DNA of 63,118 nucleotides from positions 1 to 63,118 of IMG/VR virus record IMGVR_UViG_3300010042_000001. One strand, written 5' to 3'. Below are positions 62,981 through 63,118 of the stretch, one piece after another. The notes beneath the pieces are model-generated. The model did not search any database, was not told the origin of the DNA, and saw only the letters and a list, made by a program, of their open reading frames with translations. Origin of the DNA: a virus (Duplodnaviria > Caudoviricetes). Made by a program: the position numbers and the translations under genes. Numbering within the stretch: position 1 is the first letter of the stretch; every line of letters begins with the position of its first letter.

Positions 62981-62986
62981 AAAAAC

Positions 62987-63063
62987 TGGTCGGAACGGCA
63001 GGATTTGAACCTGCGACCCTCTGCTCCCAAAGCAGTAGCGCTGCCAGACTGCGCCACATTCCG
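62987..63063 (-). tRNA. tRNA-Pro(UGG) with encoded CCA
   Basis: CGGAATG...CTGC-TT-TGG-GA-GCAG...GCAGGTTCAAATCCTGC-CGTTCCG-ACCA; 77-nt cloverleaf. Confidence 0.95.
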
Positions 63064-63118
63064 AAATCGCCGATGGGCACAGTCATCTGTTTCCAGAGGC
63101 ACAGGCCAGGTGCAAACA

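Noticed and set aside
62720-62985. CRISPR mini-array
   Set aside because: The repeats are only 7 and 13 nt, occur twice, and enclose structured ~75-nt interiors; no cas operon.
62898-62986. Y RNA or theta (HDV-like) ribozyme next to the tRNA
   Set aside because: GTGCGAAG does not fit the GNCGAA Y-RNA motif, no Ro60/Rsr gene was seen, and I could not build an HDV double pseudoknot by eye.
62996-63118. 123-bp terminal repeat as a biological DTR or att site
   Set aside because: It cuts through a tRNA, the terminase is cos-type and no integrase was seen; an assembler circular overlap explains it best.
1-63118. Genome-wide TAG recoding (code 15) or an amber suppressor tRNA
   Set aside because: Core genes are intact under code 11, several TAGs are clear true stops, and neither tRNA has a CUA anticodon on its sense strand.

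Overview
The window is an apparently complete, circularly assembled tailed-phage genome of about 62,995 bp; bases 1-123 repeat at 62996-63118 as an assembly overlap. It is GC-rich and siphovirus-like, with Chi/Nazgul (Casjensviridae)-style organisation. The head module is lambda-type: terS, terL, gpW, portal, Clp protease, decoration protein and capsid E. There is a long non-contractile tail module. The replication module has a Prim-Pol/D5 primase-helicase, DUF2800 exonuclease, DUF2815 SSB, family A polymerase, VRR-NUC and SNF2 helicase. A Cro-like HTH protein, a Mor/C-like activator and about 60 small hypothetical genes are also present. I saw no integrase or CI. A betaproteobacterial host is a weak inference from the SSB-like tail. 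The most striking unexplained structure is RNA-based. (1) A self-contained non-coding transcription unit of about 660 nt sits between terL and gpW with its own sigma70 promoter and terminator. It carries tRNA-Pro, a remodelled tRNA with a D-loop hairpin insertion, several ~80-nt hairpin RNAs with a shared basal motif but unrelated interiors, and a CU-rich sRNA-like 3' end. (2) A C4/CI-like antisense RNA switch lies at 15698-15869. (3) A structured leader precedes the DNA polymerase. Other signals are a predicted 12-nt cos, a first-ejected AT-rich early region lacking CCWGG, a genome-wide operator motif, a candidate late-promoter motif, a candidate origin, shared acidic tail motifs in replication proteins, and a lysis cassette inserted in the head operon. 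All calls come from reading the sequence; no searches were run.
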